A stretch of DNA of 63,815 nt, filler included, from Octopus bimaculoides (GCF_001194135.2; 7 parts of 6 records of this genome joined end to end with filler, not necessarily neighbours in it); one strand, 5' to 3'. Positions 1 to 12,785 are shown, counted from the first letter of the whole stretch. The notes: generated by a model from the sequence alone, not told the origin. A program made the numbers and translations.

Positions 1-30
1 CTCTTGTTTATCTTTTATATATATATATAA

Positions 31-199
31 ATACGACGGGCTTCATTCAATTTCCGTCTACGAAATCCACTCACAAGTCTCTGGTCGGCCCGAGGCTATA
101 GTAGAGGACACTTCCTCATGCTGCAACATAATGGGATTGAACCCGGAACTATGTGGTTGGAAAGCAAGCCTCTTTCCACACAGCCACTCCTGCGCCTAT
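31..199 (-). mobile_element. SINE-A, 5' (tRNA-like head) half
   Basis: Reverse complement reads ATAGGCGCAGGAGTGGCTGTGTGG...GTTCCGGGTTCAATCCC...GTAGACGGAAA.TGAA.GAAGCCCGTCGTAT, matching the full copy at 59016-59436. Confidence 0.9.
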
Positions 200-365
200 C
201 TAAACATTTTTCATTACTTCCCGACAACTTAATAATACACTTCAATATCATTCGTGAGATAATTCTTTCGGACTAAACCAACGATAAACGACATATTTCA
301 TGTTTACCTGTCAAAACATTAATTACTAGTCATGACAATACATTTATCAAATTTTTAGAACACAT

Positions 366-539
366 ATAAGCTGTAGGTGTGGCTGTGTGGTACGAAGCTT
401 GCTTCCCAACCACATGATTCCGGATTCAGTCCCACTGCGTGGCACCTTGGGCAAGCCTCTTCTACTATTGCCTCAGGCCGACCAAAATCTTGTGAGTAGA
501 TCTGGTAGACGGAAACTGAAAAAAGCCAGTCGTATATAG

Positions 540-583
<44 letters not shown>

Positions 584-656
584 CTTTGTTTCTGCGTTTG
601 TACCCCATCACTGCTTCGTAACCGCTGTAGGTGAGTTTTCGTCCCCGTAACTTAAC
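366..656 (+). mobile_element. SINE-A, head + internal (TG)n + truncated 3' half
   Basis: GGCTGTGTGG...GTTCAGTCCCACTGCGTGGCACCTTGGGCAAG, then a microsatellite, then CGTCCCCGTAACTTA as in other copies. Confidence 0.9.
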
Positions 657-673
657 AAAAATGTGATGAAATA

Positions 674-1026
674 TGAGGTGCGTTCAAGAGATATCCCACT
701 TTATGTTTTCCCGCCAAAACTAATGCTGAGATGGCAAAAACCTTTGGGTGGGAAGAGATGTCACTCGTTCTGTGCATGGGAGAAAACTATCGTGCCATTA
801 GTCCGCGTTGTTTCCTGTTTGTTACGGCTAGAGTACCGACATGTAGTGTGTACTTGTAGGGTTTTCGTTTTCACTCAAGATACTCGAACGCATCGAGCAG
901 AGACTATATGCCCACGTCTCATCCTCAGAGATGATGGTCTCCATGAAGTGTAGGTCGCGATTTTGCCCACGCGGTATTAATTTTGGAGATAAAAAACTAA
1001 GTCGGATACTTTTTGAACGAACTACG
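674..1026 (+). mobile_element. Tc1/mariner-type MITE / deletion derivative
   Basis: TA at 672-673 and 1027-1028. Imperfect TIRs TGAGGTGCGTTCAAGAGATATCC / GGATACTTTTTGAACGAACTACG (16/23 by eye). Internal CGCATCGAGCAGAGA (RIEQR) resembles a mariner transposase N-terminus. Confidence 0.6.
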
Positions 1027-1284
1027 TACGTAGCAAAATTTTGTGGTTTTGTAGAAAAATAAATGTATGAAAAATCCAGAAAAGAATTGTTTGAAAAATT
1101 CAGAAAAAAATTGTATGAAAAATCCATAGTGGAAATAGACACGATTTATTGCTGTATAAAATAAAACATATTTAACTTCCCTTTAAAGAATCCAAATGCT
1201 GTAGACAAATGAAAATCTGTACTACAAAAGCAAAGTACTACAGAAGCTAGCATGCAATAAATAACGAAGATAACCTAGCAACTA

Positions 1285-1490
1285 GTTTTATCTCATTTTG
1301 GCACGAAGCCAAGAATTTTGAGGGGACCAGAGAGTCGATTACATCGACCCTGATGCTCAACTGATACCTATTCTAACGACCCTGGACGAAGAAATGCAAA
1401 GTTGACTGCAGTGTTTTTAGAACATACTCAGCCAGAAGAAATGCTGCTATTCATCATTTAGCGTCGGACGCGGTAACGATTCTGCGAAAA
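1285..1490 (-). mobile_element. SINE-B, decayed
   Basis: GTCGATTACATCGACCC...AAAGTTGAC...CTAACGATTCTGC-like motifs match the reverse complement of 61311-61541. Confidence 0.7.
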
Positions 1491-3730
1491 TAGGGCTTAC
1501 GGAGAAAACGAAAGAGAGGTTTTAACACTTAAAAGTTGCTCCTGCGTATGTACATGTAACTGTAGACGTGGACAACATTTTTCTATGTTTTGCTAAGTCT
1601 TTCCTCTTTATGCCATAAATATCATACAAAGGAAAGGCTGCCGATAGGGCCTATGCAATCAGGCAACAGGGTAGTTGTGACAACGCAAAAAGAGCTATAA
1701 CTGATATCACGTGGTATGCTGACCGACCATCTCGTAATTCGGCAATCAATCGCCCAGTAATCTTACTTTCTTTTTCATTGACGCAGAAAGGATGAAAAAC
1801 AAAGTGGCTTTGCCAGGATTTGAAATCATTGAGTTGGAACAAATACTGCGGGACATTCCGTTAGTCATACTTTCCTGCAACTATGTTAATTTACCACCTT
1901 AAGGGGGAAGATATGAATAACGCCTAAAAATTCAATAAAGATCGCAGAAGTACACATTGAAATACACAGCGATAACAAATGTGTAGCCCGGAGGTTATAC
2001 CAAACGAAGACCGAATATACAACATGGTTCACATGAGACCGACAAGGCGTATGACGTAGAAGGATCTAAGTGAAATAATATAGAAACTAGAAGGATATAT
2101 CTCTTAATCAATGACCCCGTATCAGATTAAAAATCATTCCAGTCTTGGAAAGGATAATCTGGTTTACGAAAGCAGAAACGAATATAATACGGCCTAACAG
2201 GAAATTCTACTTGTGGGAATAAAATACTCGTAAATGAAAAGATTCTATAGAATGATCTGCGTCGTACATCAGCTGTTGTAGTCTCGAAACAAACTGTGCT
2301 TGATCCTAATCGAGATAGACACACAGCTAAATCACTCACGAAAAACTGGAAAGAGAATATAATGCATAAAATTGAGAAAGTAAAAAAAAAAAAACATGAC
2401 CAAACATATTTTACGAACTAAACAAGGTGAGATCCAACAAGACGGAACAGTAAAATAAGAAAAAAAACTGAAGATAAAAGGTCAGTAACAAAAAAAATAA
2501 AACCTCCTGGTGACGAAAGAAATATTCACACAAAGCATAACTCGATGAATGTGGTTTTCATTGAATCAATTGTTAATTCGATGTTTGTATTATGATCACA
2601 TTGTACAGCTCTGCAGTTGTTCATCGCAGCGTCATTTTGTGATACTGGATATTTTTTTCTTCTTTCGATGTTCAGACCAGTTTCTGCTCTATTTTTGAAA
2701 TGCTTTTTTTCACTTGTTTCGGTTCCTTTCTTTGATATTATGTTCAATGATCTTCTTATTGCTTTCTATTGAAATTACTTTTCTCGAGCGTTTCTCTTCT
2801 TTCTTTCTTTCTTTCTTTCTTTTTTTTCTCTCTTGCTTTTGGCAATCATTCTTTGGCTTTGAGTATGAGTCTGATAACTTGTGTATCTATATACAGTTTC
2901 AGTTTGTGTATTATGCATTCTATTGCTATGTTTTGCTAAACTATCTTTCACGCACACACGCTTATATATATATATATATATNNNNNNNNNNNNNNNNNNN
3001 NNNNNNNNNNNNNNNNNNNNNNNNNNNNNNNNNNNNNNNNNNNNNNNNNNNNNNNNNNNNNNNNNNNNNNNNNNNNNNNNNNNNNNNNNNNNNNNNNNNN
3101 NNNNNNNNNNNNNNNNNNNNNNNNNNNNNNNNNNNNNNNNNNNNNNNNNNNNNNNNNNNNNNNNNNNNNNNNNNNNNNNNNNNNNNNNNNNNNNNNNNNN
3201 NNNNNNNNNNNNNNNNNNNNNNNNNNNNNNNNNNNNNNNNNNNNNNNNNNNNNNNNNNNNNNNNNNNNNNNNNNNNNNNNNNNNNNNNNNNNNNNNNNNN
3301 NNNNNNNNNNNNNNNNNNNNNNNNNNNNNNNNNNNNNNNNNNNNNNNNNNNNNNNNNNNNNNNNNNNNNNNNNNNNNNNNNNNNNNNNNNNNNNNNNNNN
3401 NNNNNNNNNNNNNNNNNNNNNNNNNNNNNNNNNNNNNNNNNNNNNNNNNNNNNNNNNNNNNNNNNNNNNNNNNNNNNNNNNNNNNNNNNNNNNNNNNNNN
3501 NNNNNNNNNNNNNNNNNNNNNNNNNNNNNNNNNNNNNNNNNNNNNNNNNNNNNNNNNNNNNNNNNNNNNNNNNNNNNNNNNNNNNNNNNNNNNNNNNNNN
3601 NNNNNNNNNNNNNNNNNNNNNNNNNNNNNNNNNNNNNNNNNNNNNNNNNNNNNNNNNNNNNNNNNNNNNNNNNNNNNNNNNNNNNNNNNNNNNNNNNNNN
3701 NNNNNNNNNATATATATATATATATATAGT

Positions 3731-3900
3731 CAATCCGAACAAGAACAAACAAGAAAAAACAACAACGCGAGGATGTGGAACAAGTACTGTGTTATTGGAC
3801 GCTCAAGAAAGGAAAGAAAAAAAAGAGGATTTCACGTTTCGAGCAGGAGCACTTCATCAGAAATATAGAAAAAGTTCAAAGGAGGGTAGACGCAGAAAGA
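3731..3900 (-). mobile_element. Penelope-like (PLE) terminal unit with minimal hammerhead-like motif
   Basis: Minus strand 3864->3829: ATTT CTGATGA AGTGC TCCT GCTC GAAA CG TG AAAT. Unit abuts (TA)n. Confidence 0.5.
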
Positions 3901-5395
3901 AAATCGCCAACGATACACACGCGGTCGCATATATATAGAAATATAAAAACGGATTTTCATGCAGTATCCGCCAATCAAATTCACTCTCAAACAGCGGTCG
4001 GCCACGCAGTGGACCTGCTCAAAACCCACGTTGCCATGCCTGCGCTATCTTGCGTGTCTATACATACATACATACATACATACATACATACATACATACA
4101 TACATACATACAAATATACATACATACATATATAAACACACGTATAACCCCACACGCGGCACACACTTACACACAATAGCTTACAATCGTAAGCAAATAT
4201 TCAAGTATATCGGAACCGTGTAAGGAAATATCTACTGCAAGTTTTAAAAAATAAGTTGAAAGAATGGAGCATTTAAATGTTAAAACATCTTGTTACCAAT
4301 GAACGTAAAACCAGTTCTGTAAAATAAAGTGCAGACATCTTATATGAACAAGGGTAGTTATTATTTGTAAACTCTGGTAGAACTTGTAAATATGAATCAA
4401 ATGAGAAAAGCTATAAATTGAAAATAAATAACTGTCAGATTTGATCAAGGAAAGACTATTGTTAGTAATATAAGGAGTAATTGAGTTAAGAGTACGGTCT
4501 TAAATGTTTGGCCATATATTGTAGTGAATTACTCCATGAATTTGAAAAATGTTTATAGATGTATTGGCACAGCGAAGTAAATTAAAAATAGTAATGAAGG
4601 GAATAAATTTAGAGATTGACTTAATGAAGCAATAATATAGATAGACAAAAACTGTAAGTTAATCTATATAATGATATTTTATTGCAGAATACGCAAAATA
4701 GAAATTATAATAGATAAAAAGTTACTACTTAATAATTCTGAAAAGAAACTGACTGAGATATTATGAAAAAATAAATACAGAGATAAATGTTTCTGAAAGA
4801 ATATATTAATGTGAATAGAATAAAACAGATTATAAAGAAACCATGAAATTAAACAGAATCACGCGTAGAAAAATATAAAATGAAGCGAAGTAAAAATATT
4901 AAAGTAGATTTGGAAGGCGAAAAAATTTCTACTGGAGACAGAAGCGGCGCTAAGAAAATACGTATACATCGATATGTATACGGAGAGGAATTTACGTAAT
5001 GAATATATCAATCTGAATATGAAAATAAGAATAGAATCACTCATGGAAGAAGATAGAATGTGTAGTGAAGGAAAATTTACATATATATATATATATATAT
5101 TATATACAGCAGGCGTGCAAGAGTAGAAGTTTTTTTCCATTGGAAATACAAAGGTGGGAAAATAAATGAAACGGTGATTATAATGAGAGTTGTATAAAAG
5201 CAAATAAACTACCGAAGTTTATAATAAACAGTGTTAACAAATGAACCACTGAAATTGTGTGTGCGTGTGTAAATCACGTAGTAGGACTGAACCCGGCACC
5301 ATGAGGTTGCGAAGCAAATTCCTGACCACAGATTTCCGCTTATAACCCCACCTGAGCATACAACCCAGATTTGCAACTGATATGTTTATATCAGT

Positions 5396-5540
5396 GAGAG
5401 TTTACAAAAAAATAACAAAAAACGAAGACGGGTGTGTAAACAACAAACAGATGTATAAGTTTAACGGCTTTTACGTTTCGAGCCTACGCTCTTCAACAGA
5501 AAGGCATAGAGATAAACAGAGAGAGAAAATAAAATAAAAC
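5396..5540 (-). mobile_element. PLE-type terminal unit with minimal hammerhead-like motif (copy 1 of family)
   Basis: Homologous to 11276-11464 (GACGAAGAC.GG.TGTGTAAACAACAAA..GATGTAT.AGTTTAACG; ACGTTTC.AGCCTACGCTCTTCAAC.GAAAG). Confidence 0.55.
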
Positions 5541-5603
<63 letters not shown>

Positions 5604-6064
5604 CACATAATGTATTAATATATATATATATATACACACTTATAGTGATATACTTGTATTGGATATATATCTTACGAAAGGTATTATAATATTATATATC
5701 CTCAAATTAGTCTGCGCCTATTATATTTGATTCTTCCTGTACGAGATGATTTGTGTTTAGTTGTATCGTTGTATTGTTAGGCTATTTATAGGCTTAATTT
5801 CATTTTTTATATGAATGTAAGTATCTAATTTTTGTGAGATAGTACCTGGGCTTGTGTTTATTATTGACATAATGACCGTCACACCATGAAACAACAACGG
5901 GAATCTATGCATTTGTTTCAACCTTTCAACCATTATTCGACACCAGTCTAGTTTTTATCGCGCTTGATGTTAATCAAGGACAGTCCAGGTATGATAAACC
6001 CATTTTTCTTTATATATCCAAACACATGTTTGTCCTATTCATGCGAACCTTTTTTCAAAGACTT

Positions 6065-6128
6065 CACCGTGCGATTGCACCGTGCTATTGCACCGTGCGA
6101 TTGCACCGTGCGATTGCACCGTGCGATT
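6065..6128. repeat. 13-bp minisatellite (CACCGTGCGATTG) x~5
   Basis: Five consecutive near-perfect units read directly. Confidence 0.95.
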
Positions 6129-6567
6129 ATATTATGCTGCTCTTTCTGATAGTGTGAGTGGCTGATTAGTTTCTGGTGTCTGTGCCTATATATGTATTGT
6201 TGCTGTTGTTTTCTGCCCATCGGTCAATAACATATTTTTGTATGTGTAACGTAATAGTTTAGAAAAAAAACCATTGGTTTCATATCTAGCGTGAACTAGA
6301 CATCTCTTCAGTTTCTCTAAACGATAACCGTTCTCTGTAATATATATACATATATATATATATATANNNNNNNNNNNNNNNNNNNNNNNNNNNNNNNNNN
6401 NNNNNNNNNNNNNNNNNNNNNNNNNNNNNNNNNNNNNNNNNNNNNNNNNNNNNNNNNNNNNNNNNNNNNNNNNNNNNNNNNNNNNNNNNNNNNNNNNNNN
6501 NNNNNNNNNNNNNNNNNNNNNNNNNNNNNNNNNNNNNNNNNNNNNNNNNNNNNNNNNNNNNNNNNNN

Positions 6568-6602
<35 letters not shown>

Positions 6603-6606
<4 letters not shown>

Positions 6607-6775
6607 GATGGGCTTCCATTCCGTTTCCGTCTACCACTACCAAACTCACACACATGACATTTGTTGGTCCGAAGTAATAGTAGAAGCCAATTGATCAACA
6701 GTGAGATAGAAGTTGAAACCACGCGTTTGCAAAACGATCTTCTTCATCACACAGCAATGTCTGCTGCGTCTATAG
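6603..6775 (-). mobile_element. SINE-A head, decayed
   Basis: CGATGGGCTTC...TTTCCGTCTACC...CACACAGC, reverse complement of the SINE-A 5' half. Confidence 0.65.
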
Positions 6776-7689
6776 CTTCTTAACTACACACACACCGATG
6801 TGTGAGAATTTCATATTTACTTGTATTTCCAAGCTGAAATCCTCCAATGTACATTAATCTACAACAGATTAACGTCATATCCGCAAAGATAAGCTCTCTT
6901 TATTTGTTTGTTACTTTTTCTTTACCAACTGACATCTTTTCAAACGTTTTTTTCCAGTAATGACAGTGGATAAAAAGTTCGCTTAGTTTTAAGTACCTGA
7001 CTGATTTTAGTCGATATGTAATCTTCCATCCCCTGCTTTGTTGACTAGATAACTTTAAGTACCAACAGAATACATAAAATAGGCCACAAAAGATAATTTT
7101 GTCAACGTCACTGATCTTCCAAACATATGCGTAGATTACAACGAAATATAAAAGATATATATATATGTGTGTGTATATATATAAAATATAATAATTATCT
7201 TTGAAAGCTAGCTTTCGTTTCAAATTTCCTGAGAATTTTGTGCTTGAGCACATTTAGTAAATATATAAATCTATATCACTGTTTGATCATTTATTCATTG
7301 TTGTGTGGAAACGATCGATCTTAACCTTGTAAAACACTGGAATATGAAGCTCAGTATCCTACTTCAAGCTCTTGACTTTTGCTTCTTTTTTGCTATGTGT
7401 GCATGAGTGATAATATATATATATATGTATGTGTGAATGTATGTATGTTACATGCATTTACATGCATGTATGGAAATATATGTGTGTGTGTGTGTGTTTG
7501 TGAGTGTATTTATACTCCATTTATACTCCATTATTTTATATTATCTGCTCCATTACACTCGAGGTGCTGAAGCATGTTTCAATCATCCCATTCGAGAGAC
7601 AAGTTCTATACTAGTGATATGCTGCCTCAATGCACTCAGACTGCACAAACAACAGCTCACCATTTCAATGATATACCGAAATATCATCT

Positions 7690-8310
7690 CCACGGTCCAT
7701 CTTGCTGCTAGATATAGCAGCCAACTGAAATTACATGTTTTTTTTTTCCTCTCTCGCAAAAGACTGCTCTAGTACAATTTAAACCACAGGTTTATATGTA
7801 GCAACTGAATAGGATAATAAGGGATCACAGCTCTAGCATCAATTATTTATAGTCAGCCAAGGAACTTTTTAACCCGCTCACGTAGGGCCAATCTAGATGT
7901 TAGATATAGCAGCCAAATATTCAGAAATTATATCTTCTCTTTCACAAATAATTCCACTTATATAATTTAACTCTTTTTTTTTTTTAGAATATTCTTATTG
8001 AAACACACTACTTTTGTTTCATTTAGTATACAAAATAAGGAAAAGGTTAGTAATATAACTGTGTCATTATTATGTAGCTTGGAATTCTAAGTGAAAGTTT
8101 TAAAAGCGGAGATTGTATCATACAACCAATGGCTGTTTCAGACAAGTTGGTATAAAAATGGTTAAAGAACAACAATACATCTAGAGATTGAATAAGATGG
8201 GGGAGGCGACATCTCCAAAGTCGACCTATCTGCTAGTTATAGCAGCCAACATATTAATATTATGCATTCTCTCTCACAAAAGGACCTCATTAATATAATT
8301 TAAACAAATC
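7690..8310 (+). repeat. Three dispersed decayed copies of a (G)CTAG(A/T)TATAGCAGCCAA tail motif
   Basis: Copies at ~7705, ~7898 and ~8234. An inverted relative (GACTGCTATTTCTAGCAGG) lies at ~37790. Confidence 0.6.
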
Positions 8311-8504
8311 ATATACCAACGGAACGAGATGGCAAGTCATCATCCTTTCGTTCAATTTAGCGACGATATGAAGCAACTGTACAAAACTACAAATCTTTTC
8401 TCTTACAAGACTAGAATTCTTTCTGTTACCACTAGAACAACTACGACACGCTTCCTGCTGTTGGATAATGTATATTCGGTGAAAGCTTAGGTAGGCCTAA
8501 ATAG

Positions 8505-9500
8505 TGGCTTCAAATTTTGGCACAAGACCAGCAATTTCGGTGCAGGGTTAAGTCGATTACATCGACTCCCCCCACCCAGTGCTCAACTAGCAATTATTTT
8601 ATCGAAAGGACGAAAGGCAAAGTCAACTTCGGTAAAATTTGAACCCAGAACGCAGATACGATCGAGATGCAGCTAACTGTTTTTTTAGGCGTGCTACCGG
8701 TTCTGGCAGCTCGCCCCCTTATACGTAGGTCTAAATAAACTTTTCTACTAAAGGTACATGACCTGAAATTTGGTGGGAGTAGGCCAGCCGATTAGATAGA
8801 CCCCCAACACGCAACTGGAGAGGATGGAAAGACAAAATCGACCTCGGTGGAATTTGAACTCAGAACGTAAAGACGGACAAAATGCCGCGGAACATTTTGC
8901 CCGACATGCTAACTATTCTTTTCTGCTCTACACGCAAGGTCCGATGTTTATGGTGAGGGCGGCCATTTGATCAGATCGACATCAGTACGCAACTGGTATT
9001 TAATCTATCGACATCCTAAAGAATGAAAAAGGGAAGGTCGACCTCGGCGGAATTTGAACTCAGAACATAAAGACAGACGAAATACCTCTAAGCATTTCAC
9101 CCGGCGTGTTAACGTTTCTGCTAGCACACCACCTTACGGAAAGACGGACAAAAATGCCGCTAAACATTTTGCCTGGCGTGCCAGCGGTTCTGCCTGCTCA
9201 CCGCCTTGCGGAAAGACGGTTCTGTCAGCTCGTAGCCTTACGGTAAGACGGTTCTGCCAGCTGGCAGCTTTATATGTAGGCCTAAGTAATAGTAATTTCT
9301 TACATAGGCAGAAGTGCAGACAGTTCATAAGAGGACAGTCGTTCATATCAACAGCAGTACTTGACTAGTAATTTATTGTAGCACACCGGATGAATGATAA
9401 TCAAAGTTCACCATGGTGACATCTGAACTCAAAACGTAAAGATCCAGAAAAAAGAATAACGTTGTAGGACTTTGTCCGACACTCTGATGATTCTGTTAAA
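8505..9500 (-). mobile_element. Head-to-tail cluster of ~4 SINE-B copies plus tandem head duplications
   Basis: Recurrent AAAGTC(G/A)AC.TCGG.GGAATTTGAACTCAGAAC and GGTTCTG(C/T)CAGCT motifs at ~8620, 8835, 9035, 9135-9270 and ~9410. Confidence 0.8.
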
Positions 9501-9539
9501 CCCACCCACCCCATGTGTCCAGCTGTTGATGCCGACCGA

Positions 9540-9838
9540 AGAAGCTCCACAGTTACCATTGTACGTATATCTATGATGGTAGTCCCTCATAGACCGAGTA
9601 AAATGGTTTTGAAATTTGTTGCAGAGCAACCTGCACAAATGATTTGTATAGAGAGATCTCTCCATCAAATCGACGTTTCCTAAACAGGAGAAACACACAT
9701 CAGGTATCGAAGGGATAGTGGAACTGCGTGGGTTGATGTGATTGACTCAAGAACACAACGCACCCCACGGATCTTCAATTGAAACCACTATCTCGCAATC
9801 ATGAGTACAACTCCTTAACCACTAGGCTATGTATCCTC
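9540..9838 (-). mobile_element. tRNA-derived SINE remnant
   Basis: CTCAAGAACACAACGC...GAAACCACTATCTCGCAATCATGAG...CCTTAACCACTAGGC is the reverse complement of a tRNA-like head plus GTGTTGTGTTCTTGAG. Confidence 0.5.
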
Positions 9839-10701
9839 GCTAGGTATAGCTATAACACAGAATTATCAAGCAAAACTGTGATAACAGCTTCTGACACGAC
9901 GAAAACATGGCAGCCTGTATGATATCATTCACGCACCACATTGACAATAAAGTGATTTTCGCCACCATCCCATTTAATTTACGGAAATAAAATAAAAATA
10001 TCTCCGGGTGAATAAAGCTACCATCTTTAAATGAAAACAAAATTGACCAGACGATATGTTTAAATGGTGATGGGGAAAAGAACGTACGGTGCCGAGACAG
10101 AAATTTGATAAAAACCAATGTTATAATCAGACATAATCAAATAAAATAGTGATGAACTGGTGGAAAAGAGACAGTTCGCTAATACGTTAAAAATGAGATG
10201 TGAAGTTAGTTGGAAAGTTAAAAGTGGGCGATAATTCAAGCAAAGATCAACAAATCGCCATATGATTCTTCAGAACAAAAAAAAAAATACATATGAAAAA
10301 TTTAATTATTGTCTGTTGATTAATCTTTATTTCCCACCATCTTAAATTCTCTTGAGTAATTAGTAGCATTTCAATTGTTAACATAATAGCACCTTCAACA
10401 AGTTAATTCACATTCATGTCTGTTTTTTTCTACTTCAACTATATTTGTAACAGTCTTTCATTTTCACGTATATTCATACTATATCTACGCATTTGTATAA
10501 ATCGATTTAATTCAAGTTAATATGATAGCTCTTAGAGTAAAGTGTTTCAGCAGAATATATTACAATACAATACATAAGTGTTTATAATAGACAAACCATT
10601 TGGTATCACCAGGTTATTGACTGTTATTTTTCTCTTGCCTGAAGTACAATCCATATAAACTGTTGTGGTTTGAGGGAGGAGAAAATTGCGTTTGCATCAA
10701 T

Positions 10702-10774
<73 letters not shown>

Positions 10775-10996
10775 NNNNNNNNNNNNNNNNNNNNNNNNNN
10801 NNNNNNNNNNNNNNNNNNNNNNNNNNNNNNNNNNNNNNNNNNNNNNNNNNNNNNNNNNNNNNNNNNNNNNNNNNNNNNNNNNNNNNNNNNNNNNNNNNNN
10901 NNNNNNNNNNNNNNNNNNNNNNNNNNNNNNNNNNNNNNNNNNNNNNNNNNNNNNNNNNNNNNNNNNNNNNNNNNNNNNNNNNNNNNNNNNNNNNNN

Positions 10997-11030
<34 letters not shown>

Positions 11031-11032
11031 TG

Positions 11033-11113
<81 letters not shown>

Positions 11114-11275
11114 TGTATCTTTACTCCTGTACTCAGCAACTTAAGCTTACCAAATTCCAGCACTTGCTTTCCCCGATAGTATATATACGTGTATGTGTGT
11201 GTTTGTATGTATGTGTGCGTGTATGTATATGGGTTTGTCTTGTCTATCTGTATATATATATATATATATATATAT

Positions 11276-11464
11276 GGGAGAATTTACGAAAAAAACAACA
11301 GACGAAGACAGGTTGTGTAAACAACAAATTGATGTATTAGTTTAACGCTATGGAATAGAGAAAGTCTTCGACGTTTCCAGCCTACGCTCTTCAACTGAAA
11401 GGAACACAGAAAGAAATAAGGAGAAAAACAAGGAGAAAAAAATATAAATGTAGAGGTCAGCAAT
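11276..11464 (-). mobile_element. PLE-type terminal unit with minimal hammerhead-like motif (copy 2)
   Basis: Homologous to 5396-5540 and flanked by (TA)n on both sides. Confidence 0.55.
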
Positions 11465-11634
11465 CTATATATATATATATATATATATNNNNNNNNNNNN
11501 NNNNNNNNNNNNNNNNNNNNNNNNNNNNNNNNTTAATTAATTAANNNNNNNNNNNNNNNNNNNNNNNNNNNNNNNNNNNNNNNNNNNNATATATATATAT
11601 GTATTATGTATGTATGTATGTATGTATGTTGGCT

Positions 11635-12318
11635 CCATGTGCAGTCTTCTTGCGCTTACAGAGTATCTCAACAGGCATGATAGACCAGCACAATATATTC
11701 ACTGGGTAATTTGCAAAACCCTAGAAGTGCCCCATGATAAAAAGTGCTGGGAACACAAACCACCTCCAGTGCTTGAAAATGATCACATCTCACTCCTCTG
11801 GAGCTTCACCGTCCAAACTGATAGAAAGATAGATGCGAATAAGCCAGACATTATATTAAAAGATTTCAGACAAAATCAAGCCTCCTCATTGATATGACTG
11901 TCCCAATTGACATAAATGTATCTGTCAAGACCTACCAAAATCTGAGCAATTATAAAAATCTTGAAATAGAAATTGACAAGATGTGGAACTTCAAAGGTAA
12001 AACAATACCTGTTGTCATAGGTGATCTAGGAATGATAGCAAAGATCGGTGGTTCAAACCAAGCCCAGACACCAGGAAACCCCAAAATAGCAGAAATTCAA
12101 AAGATAGTGCGCATGGGAACCACCCGTATCCTAGGTAAACTACTGTCAATGTAATCTCAAATGTTCTCTTAAACATTCTCTCGAACAATACTATGTTCAA
12201 AACCAAATATATGACACCCTACGCATAACATCAACATGAACTTCTAACGTGTTGTCCCTTGAGGTCTCTGGGTGAGACTTGGAGTCAACTTATACAAATA
12301 CAAAGCAAAAGTCAACAT
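11635..12318 (+). mobile_element. R4/Dong-like non-LTR retrotransposon, 3' fragment (REL endonuclease + 3' UTR), family 1
   Basis: ORFs 11610-11897 and 11894-12154 give YLNRHD..AQYIHWVIC, ANKPDIIL, (ID)MTVPID, YKNLEIEI.KMW, IPVVIGDLG, i.e. a REL domain with one frameshift. The 3' end runs into (TAA)n. Confidence 0.85.
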
Positions 12319-12356
12319 ATAATAATAATCATAACAACAAAAACAACAACAACAAC

Positions 12357-12419
<63 letters not shown>

Positions 12420-12448
12420 CATAATAAATAAATAAATAAATAATAAAT

Positions 12449-12765
12449 AAACTTTCAAAATACAAAGACCTGGAAATAGAGATAACTCGAATGTGGAAAC
12501 TAAAAACAGAAACAATTCCTATCATAGTAGGTGCCTTAGGTATAATAAAAAAATATTCAGACAAATACATAACAAAAACACCAGGACTTACAAATATATA
12601 TAACATACAGAAAATTGCACTACTGGGTACTGCACACATTCTACGCAAAACACTTTCAATACAGTAAACATAAGAGCACCACAGCAAACCACAGCACATA
12701 CCCAAGGCGCATAGAGCTGCGCTCGATAGTGAAGTGAAAGCACGTTATAAAAATAAAACTACTGA
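12449..12765 (+). mobile_element. R4/Dong-like 5'-truncated copy, family 2
   Basis: Uninterrupted frame 12449-12667: KLSKYKDLEIEITRMWKLKTETIPIIVGALGII...IQKIALLGTAHILRKTLSIQ*. TAA/AAAT repeats on both sides. Confidence 0.9.
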
Positions 12766-12785
12766 ATAATAATAANNNNNNNNNN

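Noticed and set aside
2100-2350. Possible LINE RT remnant (VLERII...NIIRPN)
   Set aside because: Only one short motif-like stretch; too degenerate to support a call.
11533-11544. TTAATTAATTAA islands inside N-runs (also 35866, 52183, 58113, 60223, 62018)
   Set aside because: An identical 12-mer centred in gaps with stops in all six frames is an artificial scaffolding spacer, not biology.
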